Assembly (NCBI RefSeq): GCF_001194135.2
Contig: NC_068995.1
Span: forward strand, 39,161,497 to 39,225,496
Source of the DNA: Octopus bimaculoides
Lineage: Eukaryota
Length of the DNA stretch: 64,000 bases
Direction of reading: 5' to 3'
The notes under the pieces are model-generated. The model was given only the letters and a program-made list of their open reading frames with translations. It was not told the DNA's origin and did not search any database. The translations under genes were made by a program, and so were the position numbers. Positions 13,116-25,400 of the stretch are shown here, piece by piece. Every line of letters begins with the position of its first letter. Position 1 is the stretch's first letter.

Positions 13116-15478
13116 CTGAAAGATAATAACACATTAGCTCCTACTAGACCGAAGTGTAAGTAATATTGTTATAAGAGATGGTGTAGCATACCATTAAATC
13201 GACACGAAGATATAATTTTCCATAAATTGTGAATGCATGTCATTGATCATAAACGAAAGCCAAGAAATTAAGGTGAGACTTGTAGGGTTTATTCAAATCG
13301 GTTGCTTAACTTACTGAATATAATTTTTCCATCAAATACCAGCGTAAGGGCTTTAAAAGTGCAGGGTGAGGATATCTGGAACATCTTTAATCACACATCT
13401 CAGTAAAGAGTAACATGTATTAAACATTGCTGAATGACGTTTGATTTGTTATGTCAAGTTAACATATAACGCAAACTGCTCATTACTGTTTGAAAATGAT
13501 AGGTGGGTATATTTGTTTAATATAGGCTGAAAGGAAAGACGTTATAGTCATAGTCAGAATATATATATATATACTAGAGCCAGTGTTAGGGTAAAAATAT
13601 ATAGCTGCATTTTATAGCACATAGATACTTAGAGTTGTTTTTAATTAGATATACACAACAATACGCGCGATATACCAGAAGAACTAATATTATAAGCTGT
13701 ATGCACAATTTAAATAACTTCATATTATATTTCGTCAGCATTGTTTGTGATGGTAATGAAAGCGGGGAAATCTATGTAACTGAATTGCTTTTATTTATGT
13801 CTTTTCAGAAACTGAATTCAGAAGCCATTGGGATCAAATAAGCACAGACATTACACATCAAACAAAACGCCTGCATTTTTTATTAACGGTACTCTACCTT
13901 CAGATTTAACTTCAAACTTCAGAGTTCAAATTTATATTTTAACCTTGAAGAGTCTATGATAAATAATTCGGCCGAGTTAATATTGTTGTAAAGCAGTCAA
14001 GAACCCGGAGACCATCTCTCTATCACACAATAGTTATCCGGTATTTAATGAACTAGCAGCACTATTGTATATAATGTATGGACCTGTTTTGCACAATTTA
14101 TCTTTGTTTAAAGTAATGGAGATTTATTCTGTTTTTCTGTAGGCGCTATAAACATTAGTCTGCAATGAAATAGACGTTAAAATGATATGTAAATATCTCT
14201 CAATCCATCTGTTTGCTTCTCTTTCTCTCTCTCCCTCGCTCTCTCTCTTATCTTCTTCTTCATCTTCTTCTTCTTCGTCTTCTCTCCTTCCCAACCTCTC
14301 GCTCACTCGCATTCTCTTACGAATTCAAAATCGACCTCAGTAAATAAAGTAAAGACTTCATAAAATTAAAGTGCACTGTCAGATAACCATATCAGAGATT
14401 TAGTTTCGATCTACGGTGTAAAACAATTCATATTCCTTCGTTGTATCACAAATTTCACGGAAAGGTTTCTGTTAAAATATCATTACTGTTATATATTAAT
14501 ATCATAAATACAAGCATCTCAGTCAACTAGAAAATGCACTTCCTTACAGCACCATCATAATGGTAGGCATGACTGTGTAGTAAGAAGTTTGCGTTATCTT
14601 TGCTAGGGAGGGCGATTGTGGCGCAGATGTTCATAGCATCTGTTATCACCTACCGTCTGACCATTGTGCCTTACCCCGATTTGTGACTGAACAATTTGGA
14701 GAGAATCCTTTTCCGCGGGCAATACCTGCAACAGGAGTTCCACTGCGGAATCCTATAGTGGGTTAGTGGAATGTATGTCAGACGATGTTCTTGGGGAGGC
14801 CCTGGGCTTCGATGAAGATCAGTTGATCAACCTGTTCAGGAGAACTTTCGGGCCGGGCTACCTGGATAATAAACAGAAGTTCCTGGCTTGACAGTGCTAC
14901 CGTTCGGCTTTGCCTGTTCGAGACAAGTTGTCAAGGCACGGTAGTGCCGTCTCGCTGACATGCCCGAGGTGCAGACGGCACAGAGAAACTGTCTTCCAGG
15001 CCTTCGTGGAGTGTCCGGAATTATCGGGACTGATAGCTTTTATAGAGCAACAGTTGTCAACGATGGGAAAAGTACTGCTATCGGCTGAGTCTATTATCAA
15101 GATTGTGCCGCCTCCTTCCCTTTCACAGAGAAAGGATATCTTGTTTGTTCTGCATGGTTGGCATACTGAAAGAAACAGTATGGAAGACGCGAGTAAGTGG
15201 GATAGTAACAGGTACCTTCGTATCTGGCCAGGAGTTGGTTAATTTTTTTAGTTACCACCTCGATATTAAGGTCAGGCCGGAGAAGAAATACTGTTCACAG
15301 GATATGAATAGATGGAAGCCAGTAATGAACTTGCTGCGAGTGACTGGAACTAGATAAGGGGGGACAGGGGCAAAAAATTAATGTTCGAATCTGGCGGTTG
15401 GATGCCTTTCCTTCAGTTATACACATGGCAAAATTTGCAATTAAAAAATGATTATCACATTTAATTTTGAAATTTTAA

Positions 15479-15515
<37 letters not shown>

Positions 15516-17862
15516 CCGCATGACATTTGTCTATCATCATCCGAAACATTTTCATCCGTGGTAAAGAAACTGCTTCTCTCTCTATATTTGTCTGTCCTTC
15601 TTTGTCCCATCTGTGTAAGGCTTCCATAGCCAATTTTAGGAAATATGAAATAAAGAAGTTTTCTCCCTAACCAAGTTGTCTTGAGTTCAGTCGTATTCCA
15701 TGGCACTTAGGACAAGTAATTTCCACTCTAAGTCTGAGGCAACTAAAGCCTTAATGAGTGGATTTTGCTGACGGAAACTGAAAGAAGCCCGTTGTGTCTC
15801 TTTCTGTGTCCATGTATTTGTGTTTATCTCTTTCCATCACTTACTAACTGGAGTTTGCCATATGAAGATAGCCAGCCAAGAATATTTATTTTTGACGATG
15901 TATCGGAAAGAAGACTGCTTGTTACCAAGGTTTTACTCAGAATTACCTCCACATAAACCGACCGGCGTATTTCTTCTTTTCTATTACATCATTTTGGAGC
16001 ACTGCTGTGACTCCGGCCTCATATACGACTCAGTTTGTCAAAGACTCTTGATTGAGTGGGCAAGCCTCAGAGACACTGCAGTTACAAAGAGGAGTGGGCT
16101 CTGCCCTGGTTTGCAGGAGATAATGTCTTTCACCAGTTATATGACACTTTTATCGAGAGTCTATTAAGAATCTTGTACTTACGGTTTTCTGGGAAATGTG
16201 TTTCTCTTGATGCCTCCGTTAGTTTTGGCATTTAGCGAGAAAGAAGTGGAGGAGGAGAACCGTACCATTTTCCTAGCTATTACTTTGGTTTCGTATTTTC
16301 GATTAAAGGGTTGTAAAATATCTTATTTTTCAAGCCACATTTAGCAAGAATTAGTAAAAGTAGGCGGCTGCATTATCAAATAATTCCTTTCAAGATGAGA
16401 CATTAGATATATTTATACAGATGAGACTTTAGATATATTAATACAGATTTCTCATAACTATAGGAAGATGTCAGGGTTGTTTATTCGTTTTATGAGAAGG
16501 TTTTCAAGAGAGCTAGTATACGTCTAGGGAAACAGCGAGCACATCAACTTTGGACAGATTAGTGTTTGCAGTAATGCAGTAGCCTAAATGGCTAAGGGTG
16601 TATATGAGTATTTTCCCGAATTTATCAAATTTATTTTCAGCACGATATTGGCCAATATCGAGGGACCTTCGATCTCAATGTCTCAAATATATAAAGGTCT
16701 ACAACATTACCGATGTCCGGACTGTCATACAGTACCATCGATACAGCGAACCAGTAATTTCTAACAATTTGTTTTCCTATGATGAGCTCTTACACACACG
16801 AGAGACTTCAGCTCTGTTTGGTCAATATTATCATACCTTTTTGCGAACACAATAGTAACTTCTCGATATCGAGGGATAAAGGCCTACAATAAGAAATAGA
16901 GTAAATCTGGTTCTACTTTTATACTATAAATTCCTAAATAAATCTATGACTGCGGCTGAATTTCAGATCCGAAATATATACATACACACATTCAGTCACA
17001 CAAACGCGTGCGTACACGCACACACAGATAGATAACACATACACAATATATGTACTTTGCTTGTTCACGATTTGGCATGCATCGGGTGGTAAAATACCTA
17101 AACTACGAGTTTAGGTATTTTATCACCCAGTAAAGATCGATAAGTTGTGAAAGATCGATATCCATCGCTTCTGATGGGACTCGGCGTGAATTGTCTCGCC
17201 TGTCAATGACGTACACAGACAAGTTTCTATCCGTTTCCGTCTACTAAATCCACCTTCGAATATTTAGTTGGTCCGGGTCTATAGTGGAAGTCATTTATCC
17301 AAGTTGTCACGCAGTGGGACCGAGCCCAAGACAACTTGGTTGGGAAGCAAACTTCTTACCACACAGCCACGCCTACCATTTTGACGGTGCTCTAATTGAA
17401 ATGACTTTTCTAGTTGACTAAAATGCATGTATATATGACATTAATATATAAAAGTAATAATATTTTAACAAAAACCTCTCAGAGGGATTTGTGATACGAC
17501 AAAGGAATATGAAGTGGTTTACACTGCAGATCCAAATTAAGTCTCGGATATGGTTATTTGGAAGTGCACATATTTTATGACGTCTTTGTTCTAGCTACAC
17601 GGACTGATTTTAAATTCGGGAAATGAGAGTGAGAGAAAGGTTGGGAAAGACAGACAGAAAGGGTTGAAAGAAAGATTTAAATATCCTTCAAACGTTTATG
17701 CCGTGTCTGCATGGCATGTAACTATTAGTATCTCTTATTTTAATGGTGTGTACGTTCATGACATTTATCTTTCACAGGATGGAGTACATTCTATTTTGTT
17801 GACCCTACCTATAACGAAACAGTAAACTATACATAAAACAAAGTGTATGTGTGTATGTATGC

Positions 17863-17906
<44 letters not shown>

Positions 17907-19402
17907 GTATATGTATGTATAACCTCTGTCGCTTGTTTGTATTATTGAATAACCTAAAAACGAAAAAAAGAAAGGTGGTTCTGGATATAAAAGTATACAT
18001 CTATGAACCGGGTTAATTGCTTGAAGTTTGCTTTTGACAGACTTATATATTTTATGGGAAAAAAATGTGATATTGTCTTCACTAATGACCATTAATGGCG
18101 TAAACAAATGGAACTGTTTTTTTTTTTATCAAACATCAGTAGCTGGAGATAAAATCTTTTTTTATGCTAAACATCTAACTTTTTGACAGCTAATAATGCT
18201 TCGCTGCATTATAGCTTTCATTATTTTCGATTCAATATTCCTATGTAGATTCGTTACACTTAGTAATGTAATAAATAACGTTTAATCCTATCTAATTTTT
18301 GCGCAAAGCCAACAGTTTTTTTAAGAGGAGGGATTGAGTTCGTTACATAGACATTAGTATTTGACTGCTCCGCAATTTTATCTACCCCGGAGGGGTATTT
18401 GAACTGAGAATGTAAACGACCGAAAGAAATGCTGTTATCCTTTTTTCTCCGATGATCTAATGATGTTGTTAGCTCACCACCTTAATAAATACCATATGAC
18501 CCTTTCTAAATTTTGCACAAGTACAGCAGCTATAAAGTGGGTGGGCAAAAACAAATATATTGCCCCGAATACTTGTTTTGGTACTTTTATCGATCCCAAA
18601 AGAATGAAAGTAAAGTTGGCCTCCATCAGATTTGAGCTTCAAACAGGACAAGACGGAAGAAATGTCACTAAGCATTTTCTCCAAAGTGCTACCGATACTG
18701 CCAGCTCGAAGAATTTATGAATAAGATATAATAAAATCAAAATACTGAAGTTCTGATTTGTTTAAAGATAGCTCTGTTGAATATGATCAAACATTTCAAT
18801 TTCTTACAGTCATCTATGACCTATCAAATAAGTTGATTCTATAATAAGATTACATATGTCTGACAATTATAAGATTTAATCCACTGATAGATTCACTTAT
18901 TGAACATTCAAATTAAGTTAGATGAATTCTTCTAAAGCACATCCTGTTTTCTTCAGCTGATATATGTCATCATAGTTAACTTTTCACATTAGTCAGGAAA
19001 CACTAATAACATGAATATTTTCACATCATTGCCCCATTTTATCTACAAATACCCAGAAATCCTTCCTCTTCGTCCACCTACTATCCATAAAGGGTAAACT
19101 GTAACAGTTCGCAATGAAAATTTATCTCCCCACAAGATTCATACTATTATTTTTTTCAAATATGAAGATGCCTTATCTAAAATAAAATCTCCATAAGTAT
19201 CAACTTTCTGGTAACACTTTCTGCTCCCGCAGAAATCATTTCACAAATACCATATCATAAGATCTACATCACAAGGGTCGTTATAACAAGAGCTGCACCA
19301 CAAACAACTATATTAGGCACTATTAGAACAAGCTGTAATGCTTTAAGTCATATATTGCCTGCTTGCTGAAAGCATTGCTCCTACAGCATATCTGTCTACG
19401 TC

Positions 19403-19433
<31 letters not shown>

Positions 19434-22400
19434 NNNNNNNNNNNNNNNNNNNNNNNNNNNNNNNNNNNNNNNNNNNNNNNNNNNNNNNNNNNNNNNNNNN
19501 NNNNNNNNNNNNNNNNNNNNNNNNNNNNNNNNNNNNNNNNNNNNNNNNNNNNNNNNNNNNNNNNNNNNNNNNNNNNNNNNNNNNNNNNNNNNNNNNNNNN
19601 NNNNNNNNNNNNNNNNNNNNNNNNNNNNNNNNNNNNNNNNNNNNNNNNNNNNNNNNNNNNNNNNNNNNNNNNNNNNNNNNNNNNNNNNNNNNNNNNNNNN
19701 NNNNNNNNNNNNNNNNNNNNNNNNNNNNNNNNNNNNNNNNNNNNNNNNNNNNNNNNNNNNNNNNNNNNNNNNNNNNNNNNNNNNNNNNNNNNNNNNNNNN
19801 NNNNNNNNNNNNNNNNNNNNNNNNNNNNNNNNNNNNNNNNNNNNNNNNNNNNNNNNNNNNNNNNNNNNNNNNNNNNNNNNNNNNNNNNNNNNNNNNNNNN
19901 NNNNNNNNNNNNNNNNNNNNNNNNNNNNNNNNNNNNNNNNNNNNNNNNNNNNNNNNNNNNNNNNNNNNNNNNNNNNNNNNNNNNNNNNNNNNNNNNNNNN
20001 NNNNNNNNNNNNNNNNNNNNNNNNNNNNNNNNNNNNNNNNNNNNNNNNNNNNNNNNNNNNNNNNNNNNNNNNNNNNNNNNNNNNNNNNNNNNNNNNTATA
20101 TATATATGAACGTGGAGGCACATTGGCCCGGTGGTTAGGGCAGCGGACTCACGGTCATAGGATCGCTGTTTCTTCCTGTTTCTGTTGTACCTGTAATTCA
20201 AAGGGCCAGCCTTGTCACACTGTGTCACGCTGATTATCCCCGAGAACTACGTTAAGCGTACACGTGTCTGTGGAGTGCTCAGCCACTTGCACGTTAATTT
20301 CACGAGCAGGCTGTTCCGTTGATCGGATCAAGTGGAACCCTCGACGTCGTAAGCGACGGCGTGACAACAACAATATGTGAATGAATATACATCTGAATCA
20401 TAACCAAATTCTATTGTCTTTCCTCTGTATAGTCCCCATTAATTACTCTATTATAAACTAGTTTAGTATGAGTTAACTTTAGCATATTTAATGTAGCTAG
20501 GTCTAAAACACTAGAAATAATTAAATATTAGGCAATGACTAATATTCTTTTCTACTCTAGGCACAAGGCCCGAAATTTTCGGAGAGGAAGTCAGTCGATT
20601 CGATCTACCCTAGTACGCAACTGGTACTTAATTAATCGATCCCCCGAAAGGATGAAAGGCAAAGTCGACTTCGGCGGAAATTGAACTCAGAATGTAAAGA
20701 CAGACGAAATATCGCTAAGCATTTCGCCTGACGTGCTAACGTTTCTTATTTCTTTATTGCCCACATGTGGCTAAACATAGAGGGGACAAACAAGAACAGA
20801 CAAAGGGGCTAAGTCGATTGCATAGACCTCAGTGAGTAACTGGTACTTAATTTATCGATCCCCCGAAAAGATGAAAGGCAAAGTCGACCTCGGCGGAATT
20901 TGAACTCAGAAAGTAACGGCAGACGAAAAACCGCTATGCATTTCGCCCGGTGTGCTAACGTTTCTTATTTCTTTATTGCTCACAAGGGGCTAAACATAGA
21001 GGGGACAAACAAGAACAGACAAAGGGGCTAAGTCGATTACATCGACCCCAGTGCGTAACNNNNNNNNNNNNNNNNNNNNNNNNNNNNNNNNNNNNNNNNN
21101 NNNNNNNNNNNNNNNNNNNNNNNNNNNNNNNNNNNNNNNNNNNNNNNNNNNNNNNNNNNNNNNNNNNNNNNNNNNNNNNNNNNNNNNNNNNNNNNNNNNN
21201 NNNNNNNNNNNNNNNNNNNNNNNNNNNNNNNNNNNNNNNNNNNNNNNNNNNNNNNNNNNNNNNNNNNNNNNNNNNNNNNNNNNNNNNNNNNNNNNNNNNN
21301 NNNNNNNNNNNNNNNNNNNNNNNNNNNNNNNNNNNNNNNNNNNNNNNNNNNNNNNNNNNNNNNNNNNNNNNNNNNNNNNNNNNNNNNNNNNNNNNNNNNN
21401 NNNNNNNNNNNNNNNNNNNNNNNNCCACTACGTAAAGAAGCGAACTCTACGGTAGCTGGCATAGAAAGACATATTACATTTTAGAAAATAAAGCTATAAA
21501 AAGGGGTTTTGAAGCAGAAAGTTGATATACAGGGCTGGCAAAAAGTCACCGGACAGTAAATCAGAGTTCCATGAATACTTAATATTCAATTTTATTTATT
21601 CATTCCAATTATGAAAGTTTTAATAATTGAATGCTGTGGGTTAAAATCAGCGTCTTTTTTTTTTTTTTTCAACATTTGTCTATTTATTAGCGAAGTTTCA
21701 TATAATTTTTTTTTTCTAATCTTGGAATTAGATGGGTTTTGATTTACTGTCGGGTAACTTTTAGCCAACTTTGTATGTGTAAATGCATATTCCCACGCTT
21801 AACTAACTGATAAGAGTCAATATCAAACAAGATGCACCAAAGATATTGGATATCATGTAAAGGATACATGATATATATTCAATGTATACTCCTGAAATTC
21901 AAGAAATTATCAAAGTATTATAAGGTTCAAATGGGAAGGCGCCGTACCTGTTGAATGAAAGAATTCACTTCTTTAAAAGCGTCAATAGCTTTGAATAGGT
22001 CTGGTCTGTCTGAGTGGTCCATAGCCGTATGCGTCAGCAAAGCGGTCAGTAAATACACGTATTCTTCAATACGTTCCATTGGCGTTAGTAGAATCTCCTG
22101 AAGGCTGAAAATTAAAACTTGTTCTTTAAGGAACTGATTTGTCACAATGATATAAGTTATAAGAAAATAAATACAGTCATTTGAATTGCTTTCCATGATT
22201 TGTAATAATTGTATAATTCATCGAATCTACAGAAATAAAATTAAAAGTTTTACCTGATACCATTAGGTCATCCCATAAATAAACACTGTAATGAATCGTA
22301 ATCGTCAATATAGTTTCCATGATTATCTATAGCATCTTTCTATCTACTCGTAAGCTTTTTAATCCCATTAGTGAAAAACACTTTCGATTTCGAAGAGAAG

Positions 22401-25400
22401 AAATCTGAAAGATCAGTTTCGACTTCCTAAGTTGTTTCGTGAGCTATTCCCTCCAAATGGTTCTGTAAACCACAGAACAAAGAGCAACCTGAAGGATCGA
22501 GGTCTGGAGAGTAAGGCGGATAACAAATTTCTTCCCAGCGAAGTTCCTCGATCTTCTGTAACGTGATCTTTGTAGTCTGAGGTCTTGCATTTTTCCTGAT
22601 GAAACACTACTCACTTTCGATTCACTAAAGCAGTCATTTTTTCTGCAAACGCTCTAATTGCTGGGTGTTCAAACACTCTAATTGTTGACAGTAGACCATT
22701 GAGCATTGATTGTTTGATTATTTAATAGCAAATTCAAAGTCAATGACTCATTTACAATCCCACCAAACAAAAAGGAGAACCTTCTTCGCATGGAGTTCCG
22801 TTTTTTCCGTAGTGGCTGGGTCTTTTCCCTTTCACCAAACCAATATCTACAACGCTTAACATGTTGATAGAAGAGCCATTTTCAATCACCGGTCACCAGT
22901 CTGTCCAAAAAGGGCGAGATAAGTTCACAAGAACGAAGAGAAGATCAGATGTCCACTCAGGATTTGCAGTTGGCTTAAAACAAATCATGAGGAACCCATT
23001 TTCCGAGTTTGTTGACCATTCCAAGCCGTTGAAGATGGCGGTAAACAGTTGTATGGCTTGAACGAAGCTTGCTTGCCAATTCTTCGACTGAAATTGCATG
23101 ATGAGTTTCAAATTCTGCAAAAAAAAAGAGCGTATCATAAAACTCAATTGGACGTCTTGTTCGGGCATCATCTTCAACTTTGAAATCACCACTTCTAAAT
23201 TTTACAAACCATCATCTGCAAGATTTCATTCAGGCACTCTTCCTTATAAACTGAGTGAATATTTCGAGTCTCTTCAGCTGCAAGGTTTGCATTTTTTAAA
23301 GCTCATAATGCATTATGTGCTGCAAATGTTTAAACACATTCATGTTTGAAGAGCTACAATTAGTGTAATTTCAATTAGATTATCCTGCAAAAGGAAATTT
23401 AATTAGTTTAACTATGCCCAAATACATATAAATATTACTTGATACAATTAGACATTCTAAAATGTTGTTAACGTGTTTAGAAATTGAAAATATAGAAGTC
23501 CGAACATTATTTATGGGATGACCCGATGGATCTTTCTGATTTGGCGGGCGCCACTTGTTTTCTAAACGAAACACTTTCAAACTTAGTACACTGGTAGAAT
23601 GTATCATATAAAACATATTTTACTCTTAGTATTTCGTGTTAAAATTGTCGTATTTCGGTAATTTCAACCAATCAATGACGTCTATTGAGGTGAAAACAAT
23701 TACTGCTGTAGAATGTAAACAACACATCTAGTGGTATAATGGGATGTTTTCCCTTGAATAAAATTAGTGCCGTTGTTTGTCAACAACAATTAACGGCGGT
23801 ACTGTCATTTATGACATCGTTCGTGCGTTTGTACTGGTTTTAGCTTTAGGGTTTTAGGGTTAGGGTTTGGGTTTTAGAGTTAGTGTTTGGGTTTTAGAGT
23901 TAGTGTTTGGGTTTTAGAGTTAGGGTTAGGGTTAGGGTTAGGGTTGTTGTTATGAGTTAGGTTATGGCAAAAATAATCATAACCCGAACCCTAACCATAA
24001 AATGTTTGTGTGTGTGTGTGTGTTTCTTTCCAGTGCCAAATAGTAGAGTTACTATAAGAGGCTAAATGTCCAGTCAGCCGATTCAAACTGTCAGCGTCGA
24101 AACAACTACGATGAATTGTCTCATTCTATGGTAATAAATACCGCATCTCTTTCAAGGTTACCATTTATCTTCTTTAAACTTAATAGTGTGGCACTGGTTC
24201 TAAAGAGCAAAAAGCAAACTGAGGAAAATAAGCGATCATGGTCAACCACTGCATCCGTCTCCTTCCCCGTTCGTCTTGAACTGGTGTTGCCACCTATTTG
24301 AAGATGGACACGGACGACAGAGTGAAGTTGACTGTGCGTAACACATCTCACCTCCAAACAAACGCGTTGCGCAAAACTGCAATCATCCTTAACGATGACT
24401 AGAGGACCTTCGTCGTTCTACGAACGGACGTATGGTTAATTATAAAGTACGTTATCCCGCTGAGAGACGTATTACCTTTCTCAATTGTTATTCTTATATA
24501 GATTTCATTCATATTGGATAATCTTGACGATGTAAACCAATTCTTCTCTGAGATAACATTCTTGTACAAGTATTTCGAACTGTATGATATTTCTCATGTT
24601 TAAAAAATCTGGCTATGAATTTCTTTTCCTTAAATAAAGCCTGTGTTTATGTCCATACTATATCTAAATGTTTTTCAAGACAGCAATTAGAGAACTGAAA
24701 GTATTCAAAGAAGTCTACGATTACAAAATGACACGTAATTAGATGCGAAACGTTAAACTACGCCTGTAAGCACAGCGGAAGCACCAATTACTGTCTCAAA
24801 GAATCTTGAAGAGACTCACTGATACGGGAAATCAAAAGCAAAGCGACTAGATTTTTTTTCCTTTTCTATTCTTTAGCTTATCTGCGTTTTAATTATCGAC
24901 AAAATATTGGGTCATCCCATAAATAATGCGGTTTTTTATACTTCTTTCATTTTTCAACAAAGTTCTTTTTTTAATCTAAAATACACTCTCCTTCATTTTC
25001 TACAAAGCTCTTCCATCTATCTGGAAGACTTGCAAGGACCCTCTTCCCAAATTCACTTGTCTGTGACAAAATATACTCCTCCAGTTCTGTTCTGACCTCG
25101 TCTGTAGAGTTCATATTTTTTCCGTCCAAATCACAATAATCAGATGAGGCAATATCCGGCGAATATGGTGGATGCGGCATCGTTTCCCATTCACACTGTT
25201 CCAGCCTTTGGAATATCATCCTCACTGGACGTAGACAAACATTATCCTGATGGAACAACCCCTTTCGTCTTGAAACCAAACATGGACGTTATTTCTCTAG
25301 TACTGACTTAAACCGCTCAAGGTGCTCGCAGTAGATCGCCTTTGTTTTCGTTTGGTTTGCGTTTCAAATTTTCAAAATGGTTTAAACTTTTCATATCACG

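Noticed and set aside
18950-19330. Cys-containing minus-strand peptide stretches ([19 protein letters not shown])
   Set aside because: Interrupted by stops in every frame, with no family motif or clear splice sites.
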